A stretch of 46,694 nt of DNA, filler included, from Jimgerdemannia flammicorona (lineage: Eukaryota), in NCBI GenBank assembly GCA_003990765.1. It is 2 parts of 2 records of this genome, joined end to end, with 100 filler letters (N's around TTAATTAATTAA, not from the genome) between each part and the next. Parts side by side here need not be neighbours in the genome. Positions count along the whole stretch, not along the records: positions 1 to 23,302 come from RBNJ01001122.1; 1 more part is not named here. The stretch is one strand, 5' to 3'. The translations under genes and the position numbers were made by a program. Shown here piece by piece: positions 1 to 13,421 of this stretch (within the stretch, counting starts at the first letter, position 1; every line of letters begins with the position of its first letter). Below the pieces are notes generated by a model that was not told where the DNA came from, made no database searches, and saw nothing but the letters and a program-made list of their open reading frames with translations.

Positions 1-58
1 AAAAAAAAAAAAAAAAAAAAAAAAAATTCCGACCCAACATTTCTATATCAAATCATAC

Positions 59-2162
59 CTATGCCTTCCTAACCATCTTCTTCTGCTGTTTCTTCAACTC
101 GGCTTTCTTCTCTTTCTCCTCCCATTTCCGCTGCTCCGCGGGGCTCAGCTTCCTAACCCTCTCCTCTTCTTCCTTCCTCTTCTCCGCCTTCTTCTTTATG
201 AGCTCCTCTTGCCTCTCCTCCGCCGCTGCCTTGGCGTAATCCTTCTCGACCTCTTCCCTGTTCTTCTTGAGTTTGTTGCGGATCTCCGGCTTGAGGTTCA
301 AGGCGCGTCCGGGGAGCGCGTCGATCACCTCTGTCAGCAGCTCAACCAGCGGCTTGGTCTCCTTGAGGCGAGCTCGGTCAGACGGCAGACGGATGATGAG
401 TGTGACGGTATTAGGGAAGGTACCGTCGAACTTGAGCGGCGCCTCCTTGGGATACGAGGAGATGATCAGACCGCCGAAGAATTCATCCGCCTTGTAGATC
501 GCGTCGCCGAGTTTGCCATCCAGGAAGAGGTCTGCGAGGTCGGCGGCCTCGCAGTAGGTCGTGAAGGTGAGGGGAACGCGCTTGCAGTTGACGGATTTGG
601 TGAACTTGAGCTGTTTGTTGGAGATTAGGGATATAATGTACATCTGGTCAGTGGCTAGATGTATCTAGTGTGAGTGTTGACGCTGAGCGTTGCGTGAACA
701 AATGAGCAGGCGGCCACTAACATGACGGAAAAGATCACTACGACATACCAAATCGAACCGCGCCTCCCTGACTTCCTTGGCTTCACTCTTGGGCAAAACA
801 GCCAGAACAAACGGCTCATATTCACCGTCATTCATAACAACATTGAAAGTCTAGAGCGAGCGTTGATTTTTCATTAGATTGTGACGTGAAATAATAAAGG
901 CGCGCATCACAAAAACACTAACAAACGATATATAGCCACCTACCACTTCATCGTACTGAGGCTTCCCGAATCCAACAAGCCGCACAGCCGCCTGAGAGAT
1001 CCAGCCAGCGAGATCATTGCGGAGCTTGAGCTACACGAGGAGCAACCGTTTAGTTTCCATTATTGGGAAAACAAGGAAGGGTGAGTGAGAGTGTACGACT
1101 CCGTGGGGTAGAACATATATCCGGTCATGCCCACCCAAATCAATAACAGCGAGAATGAGCTACCAATTGGATCCTAAAGTCAAACGCGTAGCAGGTATGG
1201 AATGGAACCCTGCAAATACCTTGATGAAACCGTGCACGTATTGCACGTGCCTCCGGCCTGACATGTACAAGATGAAATCGGCGGGGCCGTCCTTGATCAA
1301 CGTATTGCCACGCTCGTCGCCGATGAGAGAGAACTGCTCGCGGAGTTGGCCAATGACGGAGCTGACCCTACGTTGTTAGGCGCAATCAGTGCGTGAGAAT
1401 TTTTAAGAGATGGGCGGTGATGTGCATTTACCTCGTTGTCTTGGTGGAAACTCTTACCATTGCTTTGCGATCGCCTCGTTGTCACTCGAGCCGGTCCACC
1501 AGCGGACGAAGTAGATGAGGAAGAAACCGATCATGAGACCTTCATTTTGGAGGCTGAAGAGTTGGAAGGCTATCAAGCGGAGAAATGGTCAGGTCAGTCA
1601 AGCACAAAGCAAGCGCTTATCTGGGCCCAATGGACGGCATCGAAATCGAATGCGAGAATCGAGCGTTGATTTTGGCGGATACGAGTGACATCGAATCGCA
1701 CTTAGTGTCTGTCACGTTTCTTTAATGGCTCTCTTTTGTAGTGCATGGACGCCATAATCCTTGCTTCAAAATCGCGTACAATACGCATCAATCGACCGAA
1801 TAAACGGGTTTCTTAATGACATTGAGCTCTCGGGATTTTTGACGTGCGATATCCGCGTTGGCGGAAGAACAAGAGAGGCGATGTGAACACAAAGACAACT
1901 TACGTGTAATCTCGCGCTTAATGCCAGCCTTTGGGGGTTCCCACGTGTAGGGTGGATCGTCTTCGTCGTCTTCGTCGTCATCGGGCACTAGAGGAAGAAG
2001 GATGTTAGCGCAGGGCGCGAGACGGCAGGGGATGGTTGGTGCTTCCGGGTTGGGTATCAAGGAATGGATACCTTCGTCCTCTGCACGAGCAGCGCGAGCA
2101 AGTAGCAACATAATGAAAGTGGCCAGGAAGAGCAGCCACAGCCAGTTTCGTTTCTTGAACAT
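59..2162 (-). CDS. CCDC47: ER membrane protein, CCDC47/DUF1682 family (PAT complex subunit), multi-exon
   Basis: ATG at 2162 with signal peptide MFKKRNWLWLLFLATFIMLLLARAARA followed by an acidic stretch. Middle exons contain YMSGRRHVQYVHG. The last exon ends in a charged coiled coil (LSPAEQRKWEEKEKKAELKKQQKKMVRKA*). GT-AG introns separate the exons. Confidence 0.8.
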
Positions 2163-2270
2163 TGTGGAGTGAGGGGTTGCGGAGAGAGAGACGGAGCGTA
2201 TTTGACCAATGATGACAGTTTCCGTACAAGGATACGCACGTGACCTTCCTATCGCCCACCTGGTTTATAT

Positions 2271-2311
2271 ATTTTATTTTATTTATTTTATTTTATTTAT
2301 TTATTTTATTT
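2271..2311. repeat. (TTTTA/TTTA)n microsatellite in the divergent promoter
   Basis: Directly visible attttattttatttatttta... run between the CCDC47 and SPT4 starts. Confidence 0.8.
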
Positions 2312-2505
2312 GAAAGCTCAATTCTCAATAATATTTATTAATGTATTCAATCTATTTATTATTTTTCTTTAAGATCTACCACTAAAGGGTGGTGATAGGA
2401 ACACTTGTGATGACATAATTGATCACCTGATCCGGACGTCACTGAAAAGCAAGACCTTCGACATTTCTTTCCGCATTCTCACCCCACAACTTCACTCCTT
2501 TCGCA

Positions 2506-3118
2506 ATGGCCCACGTTATGCCCACAGAGAAGCGCCAGTACAGAGCCTGTTTGCTCTGTTCCTTGATCAAGGTACGCTCTCTTCTCCACGCCAATTTCGC
2601 TCACTATTACGCTCGTGCTCAACGCACTCCCAATTGGTTCCAGAATGCGACGCAATTTCGAGCCCAGGGATGCGACAACTGTGAAGATATAATGCGTATG
2701 CGAGGGAGCATGGAACGGGTTCAGGAGTGCACGAGCTCGAATTTCGACGGGTAAGTCGGGGTGTCTGTGCCATCTACTTGACACATGGCTTTCCCGGACC
2801 ACCAAACCGTAAACTGGAAAGTGACCACCTCATCTGCTTTCCTACTTTGGCAGCATGATTGCTATGATGCGTCCCGAAGACAGCTGGGTCGCAAAATGGC
2901 AACGTATTGGTGAGTCAGGTTCTCTTGCAATCTCTGCAGCGTTTCGTGTTATGGGACGACTCGTGCTCAATCTATCCGCCTGCGCCTCTCTTCCAGACAA
3001 ATTCACAAAGGGCATCTACGCTGTGAGGGTGTCAGGCCGAGTTCCGGACGACGTGGAAGACGAGCTGGAGCGGAGGGGTATCGTCTATCGTCCTAGGGAC
3101 GGGAGCATCAAGGATTAG
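2506..3118 (+). CDS. SPT4: Transcription elongation factor Spt4, 4 exons
   Basis: RACLLCSLIK / QFRAQGCDNC / VQECTSSNFDG / MIAMMRPEDSWVAKWQRI / GIYAVRVSGRVP...YRPRDGS; zinc ribbon plus canonical Spt4 motifs. Confidence 0.96.
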
Positions 3119-3927
3119 GGATGCACGTTTGGAATGCTGCGTTTGGGCTGGGTGTAAACAAGGGAACTGCAAGAAAATGAGCCTCCGCAATTTATTCTGT
3201 GCTGTCTCTCGTTTGTATTATACACCGCCTGGAATCTACCATTTTACTCATTTTTATGCGCTCTCGTACAGGAGTACTTCGTGGCTATGCAAATGGCGTC
3301 AATTCTAAGCGTGAATGAAATTTTGCAAATTACATGAACGTTTTCTCGATTTTTGATTTTGATTTTGATTTTTTTTTTGTAAAATAGTATATTAGCGGTA
3401 CTCTAATAGAAATATACACGCTTGGCCTTAGAACTTCCAATTCTTCGAATTTGTACGCCGCACGCTCATATTTATGGTTATACGTTTTGAATTCCTTCCA
3501 TGTTTTGCATGGCAGAGATGAGAAGGTGGCAGTTGTGATACAATATGATATATCGGATCGTTGGAAAGTTTGAGCGATGTCCCTCCAACACACAAAGCGC
3601 CGACACCAACAGACGGGTCATCATTTAGCCATTGGATCACGAACCCTCGAAATGACTGCTGGACTAACGGCCAGTGTGATGGCCATCGTTCCCATAAAGG
3701 GTGCGCGGTCAACTCCAAATGAGCCTACGTAGTTGACGAAACAATAGCATGACGTTTCTCAGTAAATGAGGAAGCCGCCCATCCTGTTTCAATTATTCGA
3801 TCGACCCGGTGCTAAGTCAACTAAACCAATTCAAGGCAAAGCCGCAACTGAGGGGAATATGTTGAGCGAGATATAAGGTATCCGAACATCTGCATAAGTC
3901 CAGATAGGCCACTTGCCGGCACCCACG

Positions 3928-5425
3928 TCACGCTCGCGGCAAGATCATCTCCCTCCTCCTTCCTTTCCCCCCTTCAACATTAATATCCAGCAGCTCCCGC
4001 AAACTATGCACCACAACCGGCCGATCGGGATTACGACCACGCGCGGCCGCGAATTGGGGCGCGGACTCCTCGTACGACAGGCGGGCCCGGTTGATCAACA
4101 CGGCGTTCATGCCCGCGGAGAGGGCTCCTTGGTAGTCTCTGCGGGAAGTAAAGGATTTCCAAAATGAGTAGGAATCCTATAACGTAAGCTTAGGGTAGGC
4201 TAAATAATTCCTCCCTTTGTCCATTCAGAAATGGAAGAATCCACGAAACGGATGCCTCGCTTACTTGGTCTCGTCGTCACCCACATGTAACGCCTCGGCC
4301 GCCGTTAATAGAGGAACCGTCGCGTTTGTGACTTTGTTCGTGGCAACGATTCGCTCGTTCGCAATATCGATCGCGCGTTCAAAGATACAAGGTGAAGGTT
4401 TTTCCTCGCCGAATTCGGCACTGAGGAGGACAAAGTCAAGGTAGGGATCGAGTTCGAGAGAAACAATAACTTTGGCTGAATAAAGGCGTGAACGTGAAGG
4501 TGAATATATCAGTGTTCCACAATATCGCGTTCATAAAGACATCAAAATGCTTCTGCCTTTGTGGAATCAATACCCACCGAGTCTTTCATCCGTATTGCTG
4601 ACGATTCCCATCCTAACCCCTTGTGCACTCAGCCCTTTCAGCGTCGATGTCACATCCGGAAAGAGCTCATAACCTTCCTTTGATGAGAAGCGATTGTAGA
4701 GCGTGCTGAATATGTCGTCGAAGTGGGGCTCCAAATCTGTAAAATCCCACGAACCTCATCTGTAATAAGTAGTAGATACAAACAAACACACATGGCAGGG
4801 GATATTGATTAAGAGATAACATAAATACCAGCTTCAGATGCTCCTGCCTTAATGAAGGTGTTTTTGACAACCTGTGCGTGTGCGTTGTTACGTGTAAACA
4901 TCTGACTCAGTGGAAATACGGGAGTGCTTTGGTTTCAACTGCAAGTAGCTGAGGAATAATCAAGTAGGCTGAGGTCAAACCATTTTTGCCGACCCATTTC
5001 GCGTCTTCGTAAGGGAGAAAAAAAAAACAAAAAAAAAAAAAAAAAAAAAAAACTGCAGTCGAAAACATCGCGAATCTTACCTGGACCCACCATTCCCGAG
5101 CGGTCATTCCGTTTTTCCTGCCGTAGTTGGGGTGCAGTTCCGATTGGGTACGCATCGCCTTCCCAAACCCTGCGGAAACGGCATTTTTGGAAACGTTGAT
5201 TCCTCGGAGCCGAGCCTCTGCCGTCTCCGTTGGCAACGAAAAATGTGGCGTTAGGATGAAGGTCAGGCTCTTGTGCAACAGATTGGACGCGCTTGGCTCA
5301 CGTACGTATTGGGAAGAGAGACCTCCCTTTGGCTTGAAGAGAGTGTTGAAGGCGTCGAAGGTGACGAGCCGTATGCGAGATACAGCGGACATGGATGGTG
5401 TATTGTTCATCGGATTGGATTTCAT
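3928..5425 (-). CDS. HAD-superfamily hydrolase (HDHD3/REG-2-like), multi-exon; start may be 5425, 5410 or 5392
   Basis: Motif I IRLVTFDAFNTL, cap region HPNYG...WW, motif II GIVSNTDE, KPS, motif IV LHVGDD, terminal GMNAVLINR. Confidence 0.85.
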
Positions 5426-5642
5426 CGGAGATGAAATTAATTATCGGCAAAATCCTTGCCTTGCACCGACCGACGTCATACCGCACACATCTATAAATTC
5501 AACAATTTCCCGCCGTCATATCTCTTTAGCTCTTTGATCCCAACCCCACCCCTCCCCTCTCCCTTCTTCCATGATCCATACTCCTTAATCCTTTATCCTC
5601 AAAACAACCCCCTCCCCACCCCCAAAACTCTATCCTCCCACT

Positions 5643-6858
5643 ATGGGCTTGACCCTCACTTGGTCCGATGGCGGTAACCTCTCCCTCGAGGGTTTCGCCC
5701 TTGTCTTCGTGTGCCTTTACGTCATGATTGGCCGCATAGCCAAGATGTATGCTTTCGACACTGGCTCCCCCGTTTTGCGCACGAGACCCGTTGTCCAGGT
5801 CGTGGTGCTCGGAGACATTGGCCGGTCACCTAGGATGCAATATCATGCCGTTTCGTTGGCCGAGGCTGGGTGCTCCGTCGATTTCATCGGATATAAAGGT
5901 GGGTCTACATGAGGATGTTATCAAGAACTGCTAGAAGGATCGCTAATGAGATGAGATGATGAATTGACGCGAAAAAAGCTCTAGAATTACCATGATAATC
6001 CATGATTAGAGCACCGCAATATTCTGATTCAAATTCTGCGCATGAGATGCCGCGCATACAAAGGGTGGATCGTCTTCTGACTAACCTTGAATATCTTATC
6101 CTTTCTCACAGGCACTGCGCCTTCCAACCGCGTCCTCACCAACCGCTTCATCAATCTCCGCTACATCCGCAACCCATGGTCTGTCCCAGAAGGCTTCCCC
6201 AAGGTTCTGTACCTCCTCTGGGCGCCCTTCAAGGCCCTTTTTGTCAGCATCCAGCTCCTCATCTACATGGGTGGTATTACAGTGTACCCTGATTTCATCT
6301 TCGTCCAGGTAAGGATCGTTCTGTCCCGCATCCCAAAAATCTGCCCCGCACCCCAAAAATCTGTCCCTTGATCCAAACTTATCTGCACATTCGACATATA
6401 CCCAGAACCCCCCTTCAATCCCTACCCTTGTGGTCAGCAAACTGGTTAGCTACCTGCGTGGCGCCTGGTTAATTATTGATTGGCATAATTTCGGGTACTC
6501 GATGCTCGGGCAAAAATTCGGGCCCGATCACCCGGTTGTTAAGTTCAGTAAATGGTACGAGCAGACGTTCGGAAACAAGGCATACGCGCACCTAACCGTG
6601 ACGAATAAGATGGCCCAGGAGTTACATCGTTGGGGTGTCAAGTAAGTTTGATTTCCCAATGTTGGCGGGGGACATAAAGGCTGGGGTGAGGTTGAAGGGA
6701 AATCCAACTGGGCATATTCATGTATAAAAGAATGATTATAACTTCGGCTAATCACATCCCTGTTTCATCTTGCGCGACCTATAGAGGTAAGGTCATTACC
6801 TTCTATGATAAGCCTCAGGCACACTTTGCCCGTTTGGAGGTCGAGCAAATCCATAAGG

Positions 6859-6944
<86 letters not shown>

Positions 6945-7903
6945 AATGTATATGCCATCACTTGGTATATCTATCAGAAATATTCATTTTCTCCTCAACC
7001 GATCCCCATTTCAGTTCCTTAAGCGCATTGAGTTCAGTAAAGCCATTGAATCCCAAATCCTCAATGCCCGTGACTTCCTTGGCGACATCTCCCAGCCCGA
7101 AACCACCCTCCTCACCATCAAACACACCTCGACCACAGATGCCGAATACCGCACTGACCGCCCACAGTTGATCGTCTCCTCCACCTCTTGGACCGAAGAC
7201 GAGGACTTCACCATTCTTCTCGACGCCATGCAGAAGTACGAAACCGTCGCCGCCGCCTCCGTCGACCCCGCCACGTACCCGAAGCTGCTGTTCGTCATCA
7301 CAGGCAAGGGATCCCTTAAAACGTATTACGAGCAGAAGATCTCCAAGATGCAGCTGAACCGCACGCGCATCGTCACTCTCTGGCTCGAGATGATCGATTA
7401 TCCTCTGCTACTGGGCTCTGCCGACCTGGGCATCAGCTTGCACAAAAGCACGTCCGGGATGGACTTGCCGATGAAGGTGGTGGACATGTTTGGGTGTGGG
7501 TTGCCCGTGTGCGCTCTTGGGTTCGATTGCATTGACGAGCTCGTCCACAACGACGAGAACGGCCTAATTTTCAAGGATGCCGCGCAGCTGTCCGAGCAGT
7601 TGATTGTAAGCGTTTTTTTTTTTTTTTCGATTCCGCCTTCTTTGCATAGCCATAACGGCTTCGTAATTCCCGACGTCGATTGCGTCCTCAAAATTTTCTT
7701 ATCTCTTTTTTCATTCGCAGGATCTCTTCGCCACTCCTGCCTCTTCAAAGAAACTCGCGTGTCTGCGCGAAAATGTCATCTTCGAACACCAGCAGGAAAG
7801 TTGGGAGAAGAACTGGAAGGAGCAGTTGCCCAGGCTGTTCATTGATGATCAGCTACTTGGGAACAACAGCAGTGAGGTTACAGTGAGGCGCGGGGGTTGG
7901 TAG
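5643..7903 (+). CDS. ALG1: Chitobiosyldiphosphodolichol beta-mannosyltransferase, multi-exon
   Basis: [82 protein letters not shown]. Intron 7606-7720 leads to a last exon ending at TAG 7901-7903. Confidence 0.96.
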
Positions 7904-8041
7904 AGTGTAATTAGAATTGGATTAGATATTGGGTATGATGGTTGTCATCATTTGGTTGTGGCCAATGGTTGACCTTGTTTATTAAATTCTCTGTCCCGTC
8001 ATAGATATGAAAATATATTAATCTGGTTGAAATATAACCGG

Positions 8042-8075
<34 letters not shown>

Positions 8076-9273
8076 ATATTGCACATCCTTGTTCGGGAAA
8101 GACACCGTGAAATGTCTGGGTCTTCCAAATAGCAGCAACAAAAGCAATTTCGAAAAATAAAAGCCCAGCTTATGACCTCTCCAGAATCTCCTTGTATGAA
8201 AGAGGATTTTAAAAAGGTATTTGCATCCTTTTTACTTTCGCGATTATATCGTAATTACATCACATGATAATTTATTGATTCAACGTGTCAGCCTCTATAA
8301 CCATCCCAGTTGTCAGGAACCCTGGCAACGGGAGAAGGCGCAGAACCACAATATCGGCCCAGCTGTTCTTATGTACAAGAGAACCTCAACATCCTCTGCA
8401 GACTTCAAGCAGAGATTTTTCTGAATAAATTCCAGTGCCTGCAGAGAATTCTGGGGCTTGAATAAGCGGAAGCACGTTTCCTGAAGGTACACAACGCAAT
8501 CTGATGGATGTTTGCATCACTCGCGAAATTCGGGCAGTGAGGCTTTTGCGCTAGGGGGTACGTGACTTCCCGTGCTTAACATAAACACAGGACTTCCATT
8601 TTGAATCAACCTCGCACGACTCATCCTTTTACAATTTTGTTGCACGCTCGATTTCATGACTTGAAGATAGAAGGTACCAAAAACGCTGATATGGATAAAC
8701 GCTAAATTTCTAATATGGCATGTGCTATTTGACAGCTAACTATCCTGTATTTAGGTTTGGGCAGCAGCAATCTCGTGCAGGTGCGAACCATCGTTTTGTT
8801 TTGAGACGCGTAAATTATTTCCCGACCACTTTGCAAAGAGCATTTACCTGGGAATTTCGACGACCTTCCTGAACCTATGGATGAAATCTTCTTGATGGCT
8901 GTCAACGTAGGCGAAGATGGGGGGAAGCGTGCGAAAAAAAGTTTGGGAATTTGCACTGAACGACGGATGCTGGCCAAAATGGCTATCAGTGCAGGGCAGA
9001 CAATGAACGGATGGATGACATGCACGTCCACATGTCCCTTGGAATTGGTCATTCCTCTTGAGGCAGGGGAGCAAAAGGGTCATCTACTGGCTCTTGCGTC
9101 TCCACCGATTTGATTGGCTGGGCTTTCCTCAGCACCATGGCATTGATTGGTGCGTGCCAGTCAACAAACGGCGCAGCATCCTCTCGTCTTTCATGTTCAT
9201 CTCCTTTATTGCTTGCGCAAGGGCTCTCGGTTCCACAAAAGCTGTACTCCACGGAACACTCACGCCAGTAACA

Positions 9274-10640
9274 ATGACCGTCACAAACGCAAACTCAACC
9301 ACAATTGCTCCCGTCAGGCAGAAGCTCTCGGGTTACGACTTCTACCGCCAGGTTCTCGGCTCTCCTCGTTACATCGTTGCTCCAATGGTCGACCAGTCTG
9401 AGCACGCATGGCGTGTCCTTTCGCGTCGCTATGGTGGTCAGCTGTGCTATACACCCATGTTCCATGCTCGCATGTTCTCGGATCCGGTGAACGGGCACAA
9501 ATATAGGGCTGAGCAGTGGAGCACAGACGCGCAGGATCGGCCATTGATTGTGCAGGTGCGCCAAACTGTCGATTAGATACAGAAATCGCTCTACGAGAAA
9601 AGGTGTAGACTGACATCCGCATCGCTCTTTATTATATATATTTCGCGTGATAGTTCTGCGCCAACGAACCCGAGCATCTACTCAGCGCCGCCAAGCTCGT
9701 CGAATCCGACTGCGATGCTGTCGATCTCAATCTCGGCTGCCCCCAGCACATCGCCAAACGCGGCCACTACGGCTCTTTCCTCCAAGACGAGTGGGACCTT
9801 GTCCACAACCTGATTAGTACCCTCAACACCGACCTCTCCATCCCCGTCACCGCCAAAATCCGCGTCTTCCCGACCATCGAGAAGACCGTCGCCTATGCCA
9901 AGATGATTGAGCGCGCCGGCGCCCAGATGCTGGTCGTGCACGGTCGCCTCCGCGATCAGAAAGGTCACAAGACGGGTTTGGCGGACTGGGATGCGATCCG
10001 CGCCGTCAAACAGGCCATCACATCCATTCCCGTTATCGCCAATGGCAACATCCTCTATCACGAGGACCTGCAGCGCTGCCTCGATTACACGGGCTGTGAC
10101 GGCGTCATGACCGCAGAAGGGAACCTATACAATCCGGCCATCCTCGCCTCCTCCGAACTCCCGCACACATGGGCCATGGCCGAGGAGTACCTCGGAATCT
10201 GCCGGGAATTTCCAACCCGCCTCAGCCCCATCCGTGCCCATCTCTTCAAGATCCTACAACCCAGCCTGCCTCACCACACGGACTTGCGTACGCGCCTGTC
10301 CAAGGCCGGTACATTCGACGAAGTGTGGGATATTGTTGCAGAACTTAAGGTGCGACTGATGGAGGACGAGGTGAGGATTGGGGAGGAGGGAATGGGTGAG
10401 CGAGACGAGCTGGGATACAAAAAAGTGCCGTATTGGCGGTGCCAGCCATACTTTAGGCCCGAACTGCCCGCGGATAACGGAGCGAGTGGGAGCAAGAGGA
10501 AAAAGGAGGTGGGGGAGATGGAGGAGGTGATGGAAGAAAGGACGCAGCAGAAAAAGCGTGGAACAGAAGAGGGCAAGATCGCAGAAGACGAGGAGTGTGT
10601 GAAAAAGGTGAAAGAGTTTGCGACAGTCGAAGTAGCGTGA
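9274..10640 (+). CDS. DUS1: tRNA-dihydrouridine(16/17) synthase, 2 exons
   Basis: [86 protein letters not shown]. Confidence 0.95.
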
Positions 10641-11176
10641 GTCATTGTGTTTTTGCCAAGAACGTTTTTATATTTTGTGCAGTTCTGGAAGGATTTCCAA
10701 AGGTTTTGTAGACTACTGCACACTACAAGGTTAGAGTTGCATCAACGTTTCTCATTGCTTATCTAAAGTTCATGTATTGATTTTATTGTTGTCATAGATA
10801 AAAAATAAACCAAAATTGTATACATAGATGTGGTCCAAAGTGTCCAAACAGAAAATTGTATATACTTGAACGTCACAGAAGGGTTTTCATATTTTTCGCG
10901 GCATAGTCGGAGGTGGACGACCTACTTAATACTTTTTCCTTTTTTTTTTTTTTTTTTTTCCTGTGTTAGTACAGCGAGAATATAGGCATTCTTCTTGACA
11001 TGATGAGGACGGGGAGGTGATTGATCACATATGGGTTCCTACCGCATATCGTACTCAATGAAACGAGAGAGTTAAAAGTGGCGAGAAGGAAAATCGGCAA
11101 ACAACTCAAATGAGACAAAATTCTCTGTTGCTAATACTACCCACAAACTCACAAAATGAGCGTACCCACGCGTTTA

Positions 11177-13255
11177 TCAGACAAATCCGCACGCTCTCAG
11201 CATATCGACGACCTCCTCCCTATTCATATTCCACGCAATATGATCCAATTTCACTGACGTAAGCCCCATTGGCTTCACAACCTCCACGAACCTCCTTACG
11301 CTCAACACGGCATTCAAAGAGTCACGGCCCCCCCACTGGATACACATTGCCAGAATCTCGGCCGCGTGGGTGCGCAAAAATGGGTCGCCGTTGTCGGTCA
11401 GAAGCCGGGTCAGCGCGTAGGGGTCAAGGCGGGTTACGATGCGCAGGACGAGCGGCTTGTGACTGTGGGTATGGTTTAGGAGAGTGGCGAGCATGAAATT
11501 TCTGGGAGGGAAAAGAAATTTATGACGGAAGACGGTGGGCATGCCATTGTTGGAATCTAGAGTTAATTTGCTGAAGGTGATGAGCGCGCTTAGAACCTTT
11601 CTGTCAGAATAAATGCGATCAAATCTTGCGCGTTGAATACTCGAGGAAACGTTTCTGGTGGAATCGTGGGCGTTTGCATGGGGTTCATCGTCGTATTCAT
11701 CGCCGTATTCATCATCGTATTCATCCTCGCTCTCGCCTTCCTGATTGGCTTCATCGTCAAATATGCTTGCTTCCGAATTTGCCGGGTCCGCTACACCGAA
11801 ATGTGAAAAAATCTCATCCAGTTCAGCATCGACATTTCCACCGGCTGCAATCATCATTTCCACCACTCTCACACGACCGTGACGTACATGCGCCGCCACC
11901 AACCGATTCAAACATGTTGTCGCGTTCGCGTGAGGAACATTCCGCATATACTCCGCCAATGCCCCTTTAATAGTCTCGGTCGTTCTAATCACGGCGTCAG
12001 CCTTGGTCCGCGTGAGCCCCCATCTCGCAAGGAACATCTTTTCCAACCCGCCATCTGGCTCCTCGGCGTACGCGCACTGGATCACCCAAGGCAGCTTAAA
12101 ACAGTCGCGTGCATCGTTGGCGACCAAAGCGCGGAGCAGCCCGACGTGCTGCAGCCGGACCGCAAAGGCAACGACCTGGCCATAGTCAATCCGATTGACC
12201 ATCGGGTTGCACAGCCATCGCGCCACAAGCTTGAGAAGCCTCAGATATCGTTGCCGCACAGGCACGCGGCCTAGGATGGCCACCGCGCGGTCCGGCCGGC
12301 TAGACAGGATCTCCTGCAAGGCGAGGTGAGCAATCGTTCTGGGGTCGGCGCGGCGGCCGGCGGCCATGCGTTTGAGAATTGGCCACCATCCGAGAGATTC
12401 GGCCGCCGATTGCATGCGACGCAGGAGCTCGTCCTCCCATTGTACCTTGGAACGTACGCCGCAGAAGTAGAATCTGACGAACAAGTCGCGATAGATTGGA
12501 GTATTTGCGGGTTTGCCCGTCGTGACGTTTCTGAAGCATATGTCGAGCAGTTCGAAATGACGTCGTGCGCCATGGGCGAGGAGGAGATCAACGATGTCGA
12601 ATCGCGCGCTCGCAAGGCTAACCCTAAGCGCAAAGCATTGCATCGAATTGATGCGCAACCGTTGGTCTTCACGCGCCCCATCCAATATCATCCTGACGAC
12701 CTCTCGGTTCCCAGCAGCGCACGCCGTGTGGAGGGCGATGTTCAAGGCCGACTTGGATATGTCCATGTTGGGATCATCATTCTTGGTATAATATCTCGAG
12801 TTCGGATAATCTATCATGCTGGATTTACAATATGCGCTCATTTTCATCTCGCTCCATCGCAGAAGAAATGATAATTCGTTGCGTTCAACAATGTTCAAGC
12901 TCGGGTCATATGCATTTAACAGAAGCGCAAACAACTCTTTATGTCCAGAATCAGCCGCCCAAACGAGTGGCAAGTCATTCATGATATGAATGTCAATCCC
13001 ACGCGATATCAAGAGAAGGACCACTTCCTCGGTTAGAAACCATCGATAGGAAGAGTGCTTCAGCGTGAGAGCGTTGCTAAAGACAACGGCGAGTGATCGT
13101 GGTCCGTGACTCAGGATAAGCCAGGAGGCCTTGAAGGACGCATCAGCTATAACACCGTCGAAGCGTTTGCAGACGCGTTGGCAGAGGCCCAGAGTAGTGG
13201 GTTTATGGCTTAAAATGAGTATACGAACCAAGATTTCGGTGGGCAATTTATCCAT
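11177..13255 (-). CDS. Intronless F-box-like plus ankyrin-repeat protein
   Basis: Single open frame of about 690 aa from ATG 13255. N-terminal MDKLPTEILVRILIL...CQRVCKRF is F-box-like. Ankyrin-like units include PLVWAADSGHKELFALLL, ALHTACAAGNREVVRMIL and FDIVDLLLAHGA. Confidence 0.75.
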   Translation of the reverse strand: MDKLPTEILVRILILSHKPTTLGLCQRVCKRFDGVIADASFKASWLILSHGPRSLAVVFSNALTLKHSSYRWFLTEEVVLLLISRGIDIHIMNDLPLVWAADSGHKELFALLLNAYDPSLNIVERNELSFLLRWSEMKMSAYCKSSMIDYPNSRYYTKNDDPNMDISKSALNIALHTACAAGNREVVRMILDGAREDQRLRINSMQCFALRVSLASARFDIVDLLLAHGARRHFELLDICFRNVTTGKPANTPIYRDLFVRFYFCGVRSKVQWEDELLRRMQSAAESLGWWPILKRMAAGRRADPRTIAHLALQEILSSRPDRAVAILGRVPVRQRYLRLLKLVARWLCNPMVNRIDYGQVVAFAVRLQHVGLLRALVANDARDCFKLPWVIQCAYAEEPDGGLEKMFLARWGLTRTKADAVIRTTETIKGALAEYMRNVPHANATTCLNRLVAAHVRHGRVRVVEMMIAAGGNVDAELDEIFSHFGVADPANSEASIFDDEANQEGESEDEYDDEYGDEYDDEPHANAHDSTRNVSSSIQRARFDRIYSDRKVLSALITFSKLTLDSNNGMPTVFRHKFLFPPRNFMLATLLNHTHSHKPLVLRIVTRLDPYALTRLLTDNGDPFLRTHAAEILAMCIQWGGRDSLNAVLSVRRFVEVVKPMGLTSVKLDHIAWNMNREEVVDMLRACGFV

Positions 13256-13421
13256 GGAAACAATGTTAGAAGCGATGCCGAGGTTTCCATCGCACACTTT
13301 TGGGGCGATTCTGCGCCACTGTCAACTCACGTGAGCGAATAGCCACACACACTCTTTATCTATTGATACATTCTTCTAATGCTATGTCCAGAACGCCAGA
13401 TGCTTGTTAACATCTTCAACC

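Noticed and set aside
209..628. Antisense ORFs overlapping housekeeping genes (here and in DUS1, the F-box gene, ADE17 and the PPR gene)
   Set aside because: They are shadow frames of GC-rich coding sequence with no recognisable motifs.
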